Below are positions 1-12,933 of a DNA stretch of 37,249 nucleotides, in pieces. Where the stretch lies: assembly GCA_000934665.2 (NCBI GenBank), contig JYFJ02003817.1, positions 1-37,249 on the forward strand. The letters run 5' to 3'. Made by a program: the position numbers and the translations under genes. Each line of letters begins with the position of its first letter. Position 1 is the stretch's first letter. The notes beneath the pieces are model-generated. The model made no database searches and had not been told where the DNA came from. It worked only from the letters and a program-made list of their open reading frames with translations. Source of the stretch: Catajapyx aquilonaris. Its lineage: Eukaryota.

Positions 1-1113
1 TTATGTTGGTGGCAATTGAAGGAACTTGGCAAAGTAAGCAAAACTTCTGAATGGTTGCCATGCTCCTAGGTATGATATACATGATAACATGATACATCTT
101 GGCTGTCAGTAATACCTCTCTAGGTCTAGATGACCGTAAGTGACAGATTACGGCAATAGAAAGGAATAAAATTCATTATTACATATCCATAAAGTTTCAG
201 GGCAATCCTTCAGACCATTTTGGAAATAAATCATATTATGACTAAATATGTGCTAAACTTACGACCACATTCATCCTTTCTTTAAAGACGTAACATACCA
301 CACATCTCTCACTTCTTTCATTGAATTTAAAAGTTTAAAACTCCCTTCCGTGTATAGTTATTCATGTCCAATAAAGTCATTATTGCATATAGACATTGTG
401 ATGCCATAATCTCAGTAGTTCTCTCCAGTGTCAAGATGTCATCAAATGCCTTGCAATACTAGTTTCAAAAGATAACCCTTATGCTCACCTGAATCAACAG
501 TTTTCTTATGCAAGGGAAAAGAGCAGACGCATCAAGGCCTTTAGCATTGCCTTATAACATTGAAGGCTACACACCTGCTTATATGTTAAAGTATGTTACA
601 AATGCGTGAGTCCCCACTATTATTCAGTGATGTTTCTACATGTGTGCAGGTGGTTATGACAATGCAATTCAAACACAATTGTGTGTGCACTTACACCCAG
701 ATGTATGAAAGCAAAGTAATGGAAAACACCTGATATGTATAGCTATTCACAATGCGTAATGATGAAGGGTTGGATATTCCAACTAAAAACTATAAGGATC
801 ATGAAGATTTTCTGTGATTTACATGAGGGATTCCCCCTATAAACAAATATTATTCATCTTACTATCCAACCATTCGTATACTCTTGATTATTGATATCCC
901 TCCTAAAATGGCAGGAATGAGGAAGAGGGTATGTGGTGTACATGACAACCATTTTACCCCCATCACAGAGGCGTGTGCCCCCTCTTTTCATATAAACACT
1001 CTTTTGAAATCTACTGTGGTTCCCCTCCAGTATTTTGTATCTAACTCTCCTGATTCTTTCCAAACACTCCTCTGAATTAAAGAACAACAAAAACAAAAAC
1101 TGATGTTTCTAAC

Positions 1114-4100
1114 CTTTGGTACAGCAAAGACTGCATCATCCTGTACCCTCTCCTGCTGCTTCTTGTGTGACACCAAAACTGTCTCCTGAGATTTAGAAGC
1201 AGTCACCTGCTGGGATGCAGGCCTCACGTTTGGAAGGATTGGGGTGTACTTTGTGGTGCTCTGCTGCTGAACCATAATATGCTGTGACTGTGGATACGGC
1301 TGGTGCTGCATGGGTGAAGGCAGCTCTTGCTGTAAGAGTTGTTGTTGAGATGTTGGTGAGAGTGGACTGGAAGGCGACAGGGTGGATGGGGTGCTCATCC
1401 CGATGGTAGACGTTGCACTTGCAGCTGACTTAGCTGGTGTCCCTGCTACCACTGTGCCCAACTGGGATGGTAGCTGCTGGCTAGATTGAAGCTGCTGCGC
1501 TTGAGACAAGAAGTACGAGGATGGGTCCTTCCCCACTGAGTAGCCCTGGAACATAGCCTGCTTTAGTAAAAAAAAAATTACAGGTGTGGTAAGCCTATGA
1601 TGGGAAATGTTCCAACAAGGGCCACAACAAAAATTTTGATTTATTACTCAAATACTCATAACACACAATGGGGTCCTAACCTTGGCCTGGGATTTGAAAA
1701 ATCTGTACACAAATACCTCAACCATACATGCAAACAAGTCTTCCACCACTTTTCAGCAGCAGAATGTCACACCTCGATAAATTATCGGGGGGTTTAAACG
1801 CAATCCTCAAATTGGCGGGGAAAAAGTGGGGCATGGCCTAAAAAGTGCATTCCCACTCCTGCCAAACAACACTAACGTCACCAGACCGGTGCACCTGCTT
1901 TACTGGGGATCCGTTCGATTTGGCTTATATTCGTTCAATTCCAGTGGTAGGTGCGCCAACAAAGCCAGTAAAGAAAGAAAGCAAGCAGCCCAGGTGCGTT
2001 CCCGCCTCTGCACCGATCCGTTTAGCAACAGTGACGTTAGAGGGGAATACGATACCACAGAATTAATATGATATTTGATCGATTATAGCTCGAAAACTAA
2101 TACGTATTTTTTCAAACAAAAAAAAACAACACCAAAATTCATTTTAAAATCCGGATGATTTTTTACACTAGTTTGTAAGATGTAGGCTAGGACTCCATTG
2201 CAACTGACAGCAAACTTCTCACTTTTGGGAGGCCTCTGTTGGAATAGTGCAATAGACTCTTACTGCAATTTGACTAACCCCATATGCACACAAAAATTAG
2301 CATTAGCTATTGCAAAACCTGACAAGTGGCATTATAGCCGATGGACACCCATTTTTACTATAAACACTACGTTTTCATTTAGCACAACTGTAATATTAAA
2401 CACAAAAATGATCCTAAAACCTCCCCACTTCCAGATGTTTGCTTTCCATTTAGGACATACCAAATAACAGCCTATTAACTCTCAAGCTTTACTGGCACTT
2501 GTTCAATTCCCACAAATGACAGTTTCCTCTTAAATGCACAATCCAGAGCTGATTTCAAAGATATTATGAAATGCTCATTTGTGACCGGTGTGAATGAAAG
2601 TTGTTGTTTTATTCCACTGTTTCTCATTTTGTTTCACAAGGGCAAGTGACCAACTGTGGGTGGAGCAAGCATAAAAGCTATTACATCAAAAATATCCAGC
2701 AGAAAAACTGACAGTTTGAAACCTTAATGATTTGGCATGCACTTCAACACTAGTGAAAAATATTCAAATGAGTAATACCAAAGTGTGTATTTGTGCAGGC
2801 TAATTTGTGATATATCTACAGTTTCCTTTTAGAAATCCAGTTAGGCATTTTCAATATCTTCCATTATTGTGTCATTTAAATACAGCATCTCCTAAAAATG
2901 ATTGCCAGCAATTTCTATCTCTCTGGCAATGCAAGTCTTTTAGATCTCGTCATCACTGGTACTACAAAAGGACAAAGATGTAATAGCAGAGATCACTCAC
3001 TACTTCATCGGAATTCCACCCACTCCATATTACCCACTATGATAACAGAATGATTAGAAGTTAGACATGATGAAGAGTTGTCTTGCCTTGCACATGATAT
3101 TTCCAAGGTACAGTCTGTCAAACGCATGGCATATATGACAACTCATCATCTTTCTTATTGAGTTTCTTATTGCCTTCATTATCACTTTATCATGGTAGGT
3201 AACTTGGAGTGGGTAGGATTTAGATAAGGCAGTGGATACTCTCTGCCTAGTTACATCTTGGTCCTTCTATACCATATATGCATTCCTTTAAAATTCAGGC
3301 CAAAGAGGTTAAATGATAGTGACAGAGGCAGAAGCCCATCATAATAAATTGGAAGTGACCAAGCACTTCAGCACTTCACCATCAAGCAAAGTTGTGCAAT
3401 ACTCACCATGGCATCCTGTGCTGCCTGATACATGACCCCCTTGGAAGCAATGACCTGCCTGTCAGGTTGGAATGTCATCACCTGCGCCATACTGCCAAAT
3501 TGCTGGGAGGCTACTTCCGCAACTGCACCTGCTGGCTGCGGTGTTCTGGAGGAAGTCATTTGGCCTAGAGTCTGAGAGTGACTTGTGGCTGTAGTTGCAG
3601 TGGCATTTTCTCCAGTTAGGTCAATATCCAGGTATGATGTATCTGGGGTGTTCACATTGGCAGTGGTAGAGTCTGTTAAACGCCCAAATACTTCATCACA
3701 CTCCTCAGGTACTGATGGCAGTCTGCTCATAAGGAGATCTGCAAAAAGATGTCAGGATATCAACTTCATTTGCCTAAGGTCTTGCTTCCAGTGAATAGCT
3801 TCACAATACAGTAAAACTTGTTTATAGTGGAACCATTTGCTTCGGTAAATCACTTTAATACTGATCATGCAACAAAAGGGACCAAACAAAAGTTACGCAA
3901 AGGACAAATTATCTGTTCTATCCAGCACCTGTTATAAACAAGTTTCACTTCATTTAGCGAGTATATTGTGTAGGAAATTGCTAGTTTGATACCTCAAGGC
4001 ATCTGCACATAAAGGATAACATAATTACACTTTGTAACAGTTCACAAGCACATTAGTAACTACAAATATTAAACAAAATGGAGCTGCTATCAGATGCGCA

Positions 4101-7100
4101 ATAAAAATGTTGGCAGTGTCCTAGGTAAAAGGACTTCTTCACACATACGACCACTCTTGAAGTTGAAATACTGATACATGAGGCTGCGGCTATCTTCGCC
4201 GAACCCTATTCCGAGAAAATGCCAATTTTGTAGATTTGATTGGTATGGCTGTAAATGGGATTTCCAGATTTCATCCTCTCGTTATGGTTCAAAAAAAATA
4301 AAAAAAAATCATTTCGATCTGGCGGTTTGGTTCATTAGGTGCGCCTTTACATGAAGATTTTAATGGTGGTGTTAACTCAAAAACAACAAAAATCGAAGAT
4401 TGCCACTTTTGGCAGCTGCCTCCTCACATGTGGTGGTGATGTAGAACTAGCAACATTCAAGTTGAATAAACTGGTCATAGGAGTAAAGAGGCCCAAACAA
4501 AGTGACAAAAATGAAGCATTTCATTTAACCAGTATATATTTAACATTACGCACAAGTTAATGGGACACAACAGCAGAACAATACTGGTACCTGAAACAGA
4601 TGTCAAGAGTGCTCACCATGAAGTGGTTCAAAATCCATGAAGTCATCCAAGTTTGGCTGAAGCTGAACTAATCCAGGCTGGATTATGTCGGCTATACCAG
4701 CCCTAGCTACAAAACAACAAGAAATTTCATGTTAACAGCATTTCTTCATAAATATGCAGTTGCACCGGATAGTTAACCATAAGTCAATTTATATAGCTTT
4801 CATCCCCAAGGAGGGTTGACTAATAAAAGATATGATTGAAAATGCTAGCACTCCATAAAAGTGGATTCCATCCATGACTGCAACCATGTGAACCCAGGTT
4901 AGTTCAAAATATCAATAAAGGTGCGTTTACATGTGAGCGATTTGACGAGCGAAGTCTTTGCCATGGCTGAAAATAACAATATATTTTAGCCTCAAACAAT
5001 ATCGGTTACTTGGGTTACTCAGCCTCAGTGAAGATTTCGCTCGCCAAATCGCTCACATGTAAACGCACCTTAACTCATGGCAATTCCGATTTTCCATACA
5101 AGTGCTTTAAAAAATTAACCCTGAAAATAATTTTCCAGAATTATCGAGAAAGGGAGTAGTAGACACTAAAAAATCATTCACAATGTAGCTGGATATACTT
5201 GCAAGTCTTGCCAGATGTCAGTCAAAATTAATTATGAGTTCATGGCTTGACCTCTGGGAAGCCAGCATTGCTTTTTCTCAACATCACTGGATACATGTCA
5301 AAAAAAAGAAGTTCTAAATGGAAAAATATACTGTATGTATTTAGTTTGAGGGCACCAAACTTGTGGCCAGTAAAACAAAAAACCCAGGGTTTGCCTCTTT
5401 TGGTTAACAGAGTTTGGTGCCCCCACACCCTAAATATATACTTTTACATGAACTTGAATTGCACATTGCTTAGGTTAATGGCATCAAAGGGGGTAATGCC
5501 ATTATTCAACAACAACCTTGTCCTTGAATTTATGACTGCCAGTCAGGGGTGTGCTTTCTGCACCATATCTATTATACAAGCACCCAGATGTTCACTACAA
5601 TGTCAATGACATGAAACATGATATACGAACAGTGAACTGGAACTCACCGATCTCCCTTGGGTTTGGAAATGCAAAGGGCTGACTGGAGAGGCTGGTGAAA
5701 AGAGTGTCACTGAAGTCCATCAGGTCATCATCCATAGCTGTGTTGTTGGATGAAAACATGCTCCAGTTGCCCCGGGTCTGCCAGTCAAAAGCATCTATCC
5801 CACACATTGTCTGGTGAAGTCATACAAAAATAAGAAAAGAGAGAGGGGAAAAAAATTAAATCTATTATATTGGGAAGTCACATTAGACATATGTTGCATG
5901 TGCTTTGGCTGAAGAGTGAGTTGTCACACCTTCACAATTAGTCACACAAACTTCCATGTTAATGGGACACGGTAGCAAGATGTCACTGCAAGTTTCAGGA
6001 CAGGAGTGTTAGAAGAGTATTTAAGTGTTGCGCTTGATATTCAATCACAGCGCATTGTTATACCAGAGGAGGCACAGCCCTTTTTTTGTTTACAAATCCT
6101 GGAGCAATGAAAACTAGTGTAAACATTACGCAGAAGTGAAACACGTTCAGATATTGCAAAAATAGTCCCAAGTCATTTGCTGACCACAGATAAAAAGTAA
6201 GACTTGGAACTGAAATGCTGTGCTGTGTTTCAGGAGTACCATTGCTTTTTGGAGCAAGTTTTTGCTATAAACTGGGGCACAGAAGTTTGACACACACAAC
6301 TGATGCTGTACACATATCTAGTAGAAGCCACTCATAAACACACATTCCTGCTGGATTAGGAAGGTCAGTGCAATGCAAAGATTCCTTTGAAAAAAAAAAA
6401 AAAGATCATGATGGTCCAAATGCTTAGGGGGCATGAGGAAATTCCTCTTGCAATTATTTTTACCTTATGGTTGTTGGAGGGTTGTGACTCATTTGAGTCA
6501 GTTGTGGCAGGTGGAGGTTTCCGCTAGAAAGAAGGGGCAGAGGAGGGGCTCTTTTTCTATACAAATGGGAAGGAAACATTCACGCTCACATTCACAACCC
6601 TTCTTTTAAACATTTTCCTCCACTAGCTTTTCAAAGACCACCACCGCTTCCAAACTGACTACTCATAATCATATCAAAGCAAGGCATGACAGACATCCTC
6701 TCTATTTAGCACCTGGACCAAGGTATAACGTGAAATGTAAAGTCCTAGGCTGCATGGCCTAGTCCCGCCATCAAACACGTAGCATACGTCTGCCCCAGGG
6801 AGACATGGCACATTATAGACAATGAAAATGCTAGGTATATACCTACCAAATCATGAAGATCCTTGTTTGTCCAACCCATGATCTTGTTCTTGTAGAACAT
6901 ACGCCACTTTTTGTACTCTGCTGTAACCATTCCCAGCTTCCTCTTCCAGTACTTCCCTTCCAAAACGACAGCCTGAAGTTAAAAATATTTATAAGTGGAG
7001 AGAAAATAATATCTGACCTTATAAAAGTAGGATTAACTAGAAGCCTCAGTATGGGCTTTGACCTAGATGAGTGCCAGTAATCCTTACCAAACAGGATACA

Positions 7101-10100
7101 AGCATGCAGTCACCTTCTGCATACAAACAGCCAAATTAGTACAAAGAAATAAAACTCACCTCTGGTTTGTTGTGTGTGTCTACATCCATGGGAGATGCAA
7201 ATTGTACCACAAGTGCCTTCTTCTTGTCAATAACTAGCAAATGGACATCAAATTAACAAGGGCATTTCTTCATATTTAAACTGTCAACATTAAATGTAAC
7301 TCACATTGCATATGCCAACACCTCCATATGACATTGTTCAATCTGATCTTGTCCTTCCAACGAAGTTTCATCCCTTTGAACCTGTTCCATTTAGGTGACG
7401 TCAGCTTCTGCCTGTAAAAAAACATTTCGGTTTTAATTTGATGCCTGCAATTGTCGAACACCTTTTCTTTTCCCTAATAACACCCTTGCTACATTGGCAA
7501 TTACTTCTGATAACTATATCTTTTTGCAGACTTCATGCCAAGTCTGTGGGAAAGCCAATTGTGCTGTACCCCTCATGCTTAACGATCAACACATATGCTG
7601 TGATAAATAACTTTTATGCCTTTGTTATATACTAAGATAAGAGGTAATCCCATTGTAATATTTACTGCACAAACTCAATCATCCCAATGGATGAACAATT
7701 CTTGGTAAGGTAATGCTGGGTCTATGATTATCTGCTGCCAAGTTAACTAAAAGAAACTAAACACTATCAGGCACTGGACGCAATGTGCACCCTGATCAAA
7801 CAGCCATAAACAAAAGTTGTCTCTCTTGGTAACATTGATAAGCTATGTTCTCAAATAGCAAATGCGACTAAAGGTGACCTCAGTACACAAGACAGTAAAA
7901 AAGCACCAGCTGCACACAAAAAGCAGTCTGGAGGTGCAAATGGGTAGCATTACTTGAGTCACCTGTCATGTAGTTTGTATCAACATTTTTCTTCGTAGCC
8001 AATATTATGGTATTGAACTGATCCAAGGCCACATACACAAATGCCCCGCCCATATCTCAGTCACTATCCAGGTTGAACATCCCTATTGTTTCGGTTACAT
8101 AACCACATCTAACATTATCCTTCACAATCGCATTACCACCAGATTAATGCCAGCATCTATGCAAGTATTGCGCCACTTACAAAAGCAGTCTCGTGCAGCA
8201 AAGTGCATTTGCAATGACGACTACTATTCAGATCCACCAATTGCGCAGCATTCTACGGTACGCCATAACCTCAATTTTCATAATGACACGGTAAACTGAA
8301 TGTTCCGCCTCTTTTTTAAATCTATTAACCAGACCACATGGTTTATCCAGTGCATGCAACCATCAGGCACACTGCATGCAACCGATACTAAGTTATTCAA
8401 CATCCAAATTGATGTCTCCCACCCCAAATATCATGGCATGTCTGAGGCCACTTTGCCCAGATAACGTCAATAACCCTTATTGACCTTGGATCCAAGGCTT
8501 CTAAACAAGAAGCCAATATTAGCATCCCCCACACATAGCCCAAAATCATCTCTCCAACTCTACCCCAGAAAGCCAGCAGGGAAAGTTGATGATAACAGGT
8601 CACACGGTCAGCTCCCATCTTCTGAACTAGTTCAGAACGACCTTCAATCAGCCAACTAATTATCATTCTGGCGTGGAAGCGGGGTAAATAATCTTCAAGA
8701 AAGATCAGCCCTGGGTTCCCGTGGAACCAGCAGCTGACCTTAAGCCAGGCCATGACCTTGCCGATTGTGTTTTGCATGTGCAAGAAACCGGTTCGGACAA
8801 CAACGTATTTACAGACTTCTGGGAGTGTACTTGAGAACTGACCTGCAGCAAATAATATAATTGCCACGCAGGGCAAGCCTAATCAGCAGAAATGGTTGTT
8901 CACCAGTATGTCGCCCAATGGCAAACACTGGTGTCGACAACCATATATGAAAGTGCCCCACATGTGTACATCCTGGTACGCACCACGCACTTCCGGTAAC
9001 TTCGTGTTAAACTCCTCCGTTCAATGCCCTCATCGTCTCCTTTGTCCAACTACTGTGCCATACCCATTTTTTTAAAGTGTCCTTTTCAGCCTAAAACAAA
9101 CAGCAAGATTTTGGCAGCAATCCTACACGTGACTACATCAGCTGTGTTTGTGCCAAATACCTTGTCCGCATTTAGCCACTCCAACTCATGGCACAACTCA
9201 AGGTTTCTTATGGCAGTTAGTTTAACCTTCAGGATTTCAGTTGCCATGCGCAGGTCCTGGTTTAAACTACAATTGGAGTCGCATGTTGTTTTCACCATAA
9301 CAGGGCTGGACATGGTGCGTACAGTAAGTGTAGTGAATCAAAACACTTGTCTTCATTTACGACACCACATACTATATAAAATGCCATATATTTTTTCTAT
9401 GCCTAATCCAAGGGCTTTGAAGGCCATATTTCCTTTTAGCAAAAATTACTTCCAAACCTCCTAAATCTCTTGGAATGTTCATGCCTGGGGTCCTTGCACT
9501 TGGCCATGTAATTACAGGCGCTGATGCCATGCTGGCTTAGCAGCAAGAGGCATTGCACTAATGTTACGAAAATAAACATTTCAAGTCATGCAACACAACA
9601 CATGGGAATGTGACAGGTAATCTTGGATCAAATGTGCTGATCAGTGAATGGGAATCCCAGCAGCGAGCACAGGTGAAATCAACATTAGTGGCACACAACC
9701 TGACAATGCAAATGTCCCCAAAATATGTGAATTACAGAGAATATATAAACAGACAATATGATCCCAAAAATATCTCCCAAACTCTTGTAGCATGCATAGC
9801 ATAGTAAAACATCATCACTCATTCCCACCAAGGTCAAAGGTGGCATGGAATTAAATAGACCATAAAACAATGGTCCCAACCGATCCCAACAAGGTTCTGC
9901 ACACCAACTTATTCCCAGAAAATGCCATCAATTCCGCATCAACTAGCAAAAATGGTCGAATTAAGGCTACCACCCCATGCCCCTCATCCTCCTATAATAA
10001 CTGCGCTCAAAAGTGATGATTACTGAAGAGAGGCTACCAAGTGCCTTGGACTGAGGCCAATGCATGATTATTTTATCAAGCAGGGTACATGGAGCAACTT

Positions 10101-12815
10101 GGAGGGTCGGGAAGGCACACCTCCATAAAGCGAGTTCCCCATACGTCAGCCCCCTTCTCCACTGCACCCCTGTTGTTCGAAGGACATGCCTCTTTTTACA
10201 CACCCACTCACGCAGCTACTTACATATAAACAAAGGCACACACACTTGGATTCTGCATGCTAACAACAGGATTCACAGCTGATATGTTTATAATATCAGC
10301 AGCTTGGGCCAGTAATTCCAAGGTCAAAATAGAGCCTGTTAGTCTGTTACAGAATGGACACTTGTTTTGCTGTGCATTTTTTTTTTGCCCTCCATGAACT
10401 TCCTGTTTATTCCTGATGACCTAACCCATCAACAACAATTATCTGTCTGGGGGAAACCTTTTACTGCCATCAGAAATTGATAGGTTATGCATCCTGCATT
10501 CATATCTGGGCTTCAAAAATGGTATCTGAGTGCTGCACAAATGGGCAGCCTTGAACTTTGACTAAATTACATGAGATTCTGTTTTCCAAAGGTCACTTCA
10601 GTAGTGAAAATTAGTAAATCGGTTCTGATTGCAGACTTCAAAATAGTAACACATTGGTAAATGCGTAGTAGACATGGCAGTAAGCTAATATTAACCCAAA
10701 TCTGCAAACAGCTGCAATTCACAGTACAGCTTCCTAATCTGTAACGTACTTGTTCTTAGAAGCACATTTGATGCAATACTTTTGTCATTGTTTAGATGCT
10801 GTAATCAGTGTAATGTAACAGGGAGTGATGTGCCTATCAGGGCACTTTTCATATAAGACCGCATATAACAGAACATGGCATGAGACCATAATGGCTGATT
10901 GTGTTGCCCCTTTCTACCTTGAGACAGCACAAAACTAGATACTATAACTTCTTTCACATATTAAAATGCAAACATTCACAAATATTTAGACTGAAAAGGG
11001 CCCTATTGAGAGAAATTTTTCCAGGCAATCAGTGCGATTTTCATTTCATTGAAGTTACCAGCAGCGATCAAGAATATCTTGCTATGGATATCAATAACAA
11101 GCTTGCACAACTATACTACTTGCAGAAGCAACTGTTAATAGCAACTTATCAGATGAATTTAAAAAACCATTCATAAAGATGATGTACAGTGTTCAAGACA
11201 AATGGAAAATTCATGCATGGCAACAAAGTGCATTATCTGTGCCTTAGTGCTCTAATCTTATACCCTGAAGCTCCTGCAGTGTAACGCACAAGTTATATCA
11301 AACATAGCTGCACTCAATTATGCGCCAGAATAAGAAATATCTAGCTAGGGACGTACACATATCTGTTGCCTGTAGTCAGCACTTTTTATGTGGTCCTTGC
11401 CAAAACATGTAATGTACAGAAAATGAGAGAACGATCTGACGCCATCAAGGTTTCCATGGAAATACCCTCACATAACAATGTGAGTACGCAGTGCCAACAA
11501 AAAGCAACAATGGAAGAAATAATGACGCCAGAGCGTTCTCTCTTTTTCTGTACATTACGTCCTTATGTTAGGCTAAATTAGTTTACATTTGTTTGGCTCA
11601 TGCCTATGATATCTATGACTGTTTGTCATGATGTAATTTGTGCATGAAGTCTAATCACGTGTCTCATGTAATTTTGTAAGAACTTGTTATCTGGAAACTA
11701 AAGATGTGCACGATGGCCTGACTAATCAACTGATATAGTCACTTGTATCAATCATGCCACAAACCTACACCATGACCTTTTTCAACACTGTTTGTCTCGC
11801 TCTGTCTGGGTGCATTCAAGTATATCTTGTTCATTACTGCTTGATGAGCAAGTTAACAAGCGAATTTCTTTGAAAATTAACCACAAGAAAATTCCTCTCA
11901 GTAGCATTGGCCAAAATCTCTATATTAATCAAAAGTGTCACACAGATGCACAAAAAGGCAATCGCTTCGTTACTGTCTGAAACAACTAGAATAAGGCGGT
12001 ACTTGGCAATCCGTATGTGAAACAACGTAGCTCTAAAAGAAGTTGCAAAGTATTAATTTCTATTACAACAATGTAACTGTTGTATCATATTTTTGTATGA
12101 CTAAATGCCCAAACAAGAATTTACTGAATCCCAAATACCATGTGTCATTTTATCAGCCAACATCTCCATACAATCACTTGCTGACAATGGTTGGTACTGA
12201 TGGCAACTGTCTTTCCCATACTGTCAGTATCTGAACAAGCCCTGACAGCACATGCAGCCTTTGTCACCATTCAAAAACCCATCCTTACCTGTACGCAAGT
12301 GTCATGCACTGGAACAATTTGGTGAGTGACGCATCAATGGCAATCGCTTGATGGTGATGATCTACCTCTGCCCTCTCCGCCTCCAGCCGGCTCATCTCCC
12401 CACCTGCCCTGGACACACTCCATCCCACAGCCATTGCACCTGCCCCGAATGGCACAGCCTGCACAACCTGCTGCGGTGGACTCCTGGCCACAACCTCCAC
12501 CTGCTCCGCCTCCTGCTTAGGTGATGCCCCACTGGTGATCTCCTCCTCATCCGCATCCTCCGGCACAGGCACTGCCACCTCATACTCATCGTCCTGCTCA
12601 TCCGCCTCAAACTCCGACACCATAAAGTGTCCTGAGTGGATAGTCTCCTTATTGTGTGCACCTGCAGCCATGTTATTCTGCGGCACCGGGGCGGCCCCAC
12701 CAGGGTTAGCCATCCCATGGCTGGTATCCCCTCCACCTCTTCCTCCTCCACGGTGGTGGTGATGGTGATGTCCATGTCCGCCACCCCGTCCGCGACCGAC
12801 TGCGTTGCGGGTCAT
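1114..12815 (-). CDS. Mondo: Mondo / MLX-interacting protein (MondoA/ChREBP family), 5' part; gene continues beyond the left window edge
   Basis: Phase-consistent GT-AG exons: 12815-12289, 7411-7305, 7233-7160, 6972-6847, (optional 6523-6464), 5810-5648, 4706-4617, 3738-3407, 1557-1114. The translation contains the Mondo conserved regions IHSGHFMVS, IDASLTKLFQCMTLAYRQKLTSPKWNRFKGMKLRWKDKIRLNNVIWRCWHMQF, QFASPMDVDTHNKPEAVVLEGKYWKRK, FPNPREI and IIQPGLVQLQPNLDDFMD. The C-terminal bHLH-Zip is not in the window. Confidence 0.95.
1666..2200. mobile_element. Non-autonomous DNA element with ~17-bp terminal inverted repeats (copy 1), in a Mondo intron
   Basis: Left end caatggggtcctaacct and right end aggctaggactccattg are near-perfect reverse complements. 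The left ~260 bp align by eye to the reverse complement of 31620-31843. No target-site duplication seen. Confidence 0.75.
2957..3274. mobile_element. Old degenerate foldback/MITE in a Mondo intron
   Basis: The left arm tggtactacaaaaggacaaagatgtaatagcagag...acccactccatattacccactatgataa matches the reverse complement of the right arm ttatcatggtaggtaacttggagtgggt...ctctgcctagttacatcttggtccttctatacca. An inner pair gatgaagagttgtc / gacaactcatcatc is also present. Confidence 0.65.
4919..5070. mobile_element. Tourist-like (PIF/Harbinger) MITE, 152 bp
   Basis: About 40-bp TIRs: aggtgcgtttacatgtgagcgatttgacgagcgaagtctt / aagatttcgctcgccaaatcgctcacatgtaaacgcacct. Flanked by a TAA duplication (4916-4918 and 5071-5073), the target site typical of PIF/Harbinger. 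Confidence 0.85.
6464..6523 (-). CDS. Putative 60-nt in-frame cassette exon of Mondo (RKPPPATTDSNESQPSNNHK)
   Basis: Polypyrimidine acceptor cccctcctctgccccttctttctag, then 60 nt open in phase 0, then donor AAG|gtaaaa. The flanking Mondo junction is phase 0. The other two frames I read are not needed for the fit. Confidence 0.6.
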
Positions 12816-12933
12816 TCTGCCCACTCCAACTGCGGCTATCTAGTACACATTCGGATTTATCAGCGCCTTCTCCGCCTCTGCCGTTGCGTCCACTTTATCA
12901 CTGCTACTACGACGACGAAGCGCACTCGACTGA

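Noticed and set aside
489..504. Possible 16-nt Mondo microexon (cataag|AAAACTGTTGATTCAG|gtgagc, minus strand)
   Set aside because: The splice signals are plausible, but it shifts phase and the next exon is outside the window, so it cannot be tested here.
4177..4430. Possible degraded TIR element (catgaggctgc...gcctcctcacatg) and a vaguely similar stretch at about 28355-28578
   Set aside because: The terminal matches are short and gapped, there is no TSD, and I cannot align the two regions convincingly.
8397..9464. 159-aa and 146-aa ORFs in Mondo intron 1
   Set aside because: No recognisable domain, no transposase or reverse-transcriptase motif and no clear exon structure. Likely chance ORFs.
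9126..11662. CACGTG E-boxes in Mondo intron 1 (9126 and about 11656) as an autoregulatory ChoRE
   Set aside because: Neither has a second E-box at the required 5-bp spacing.
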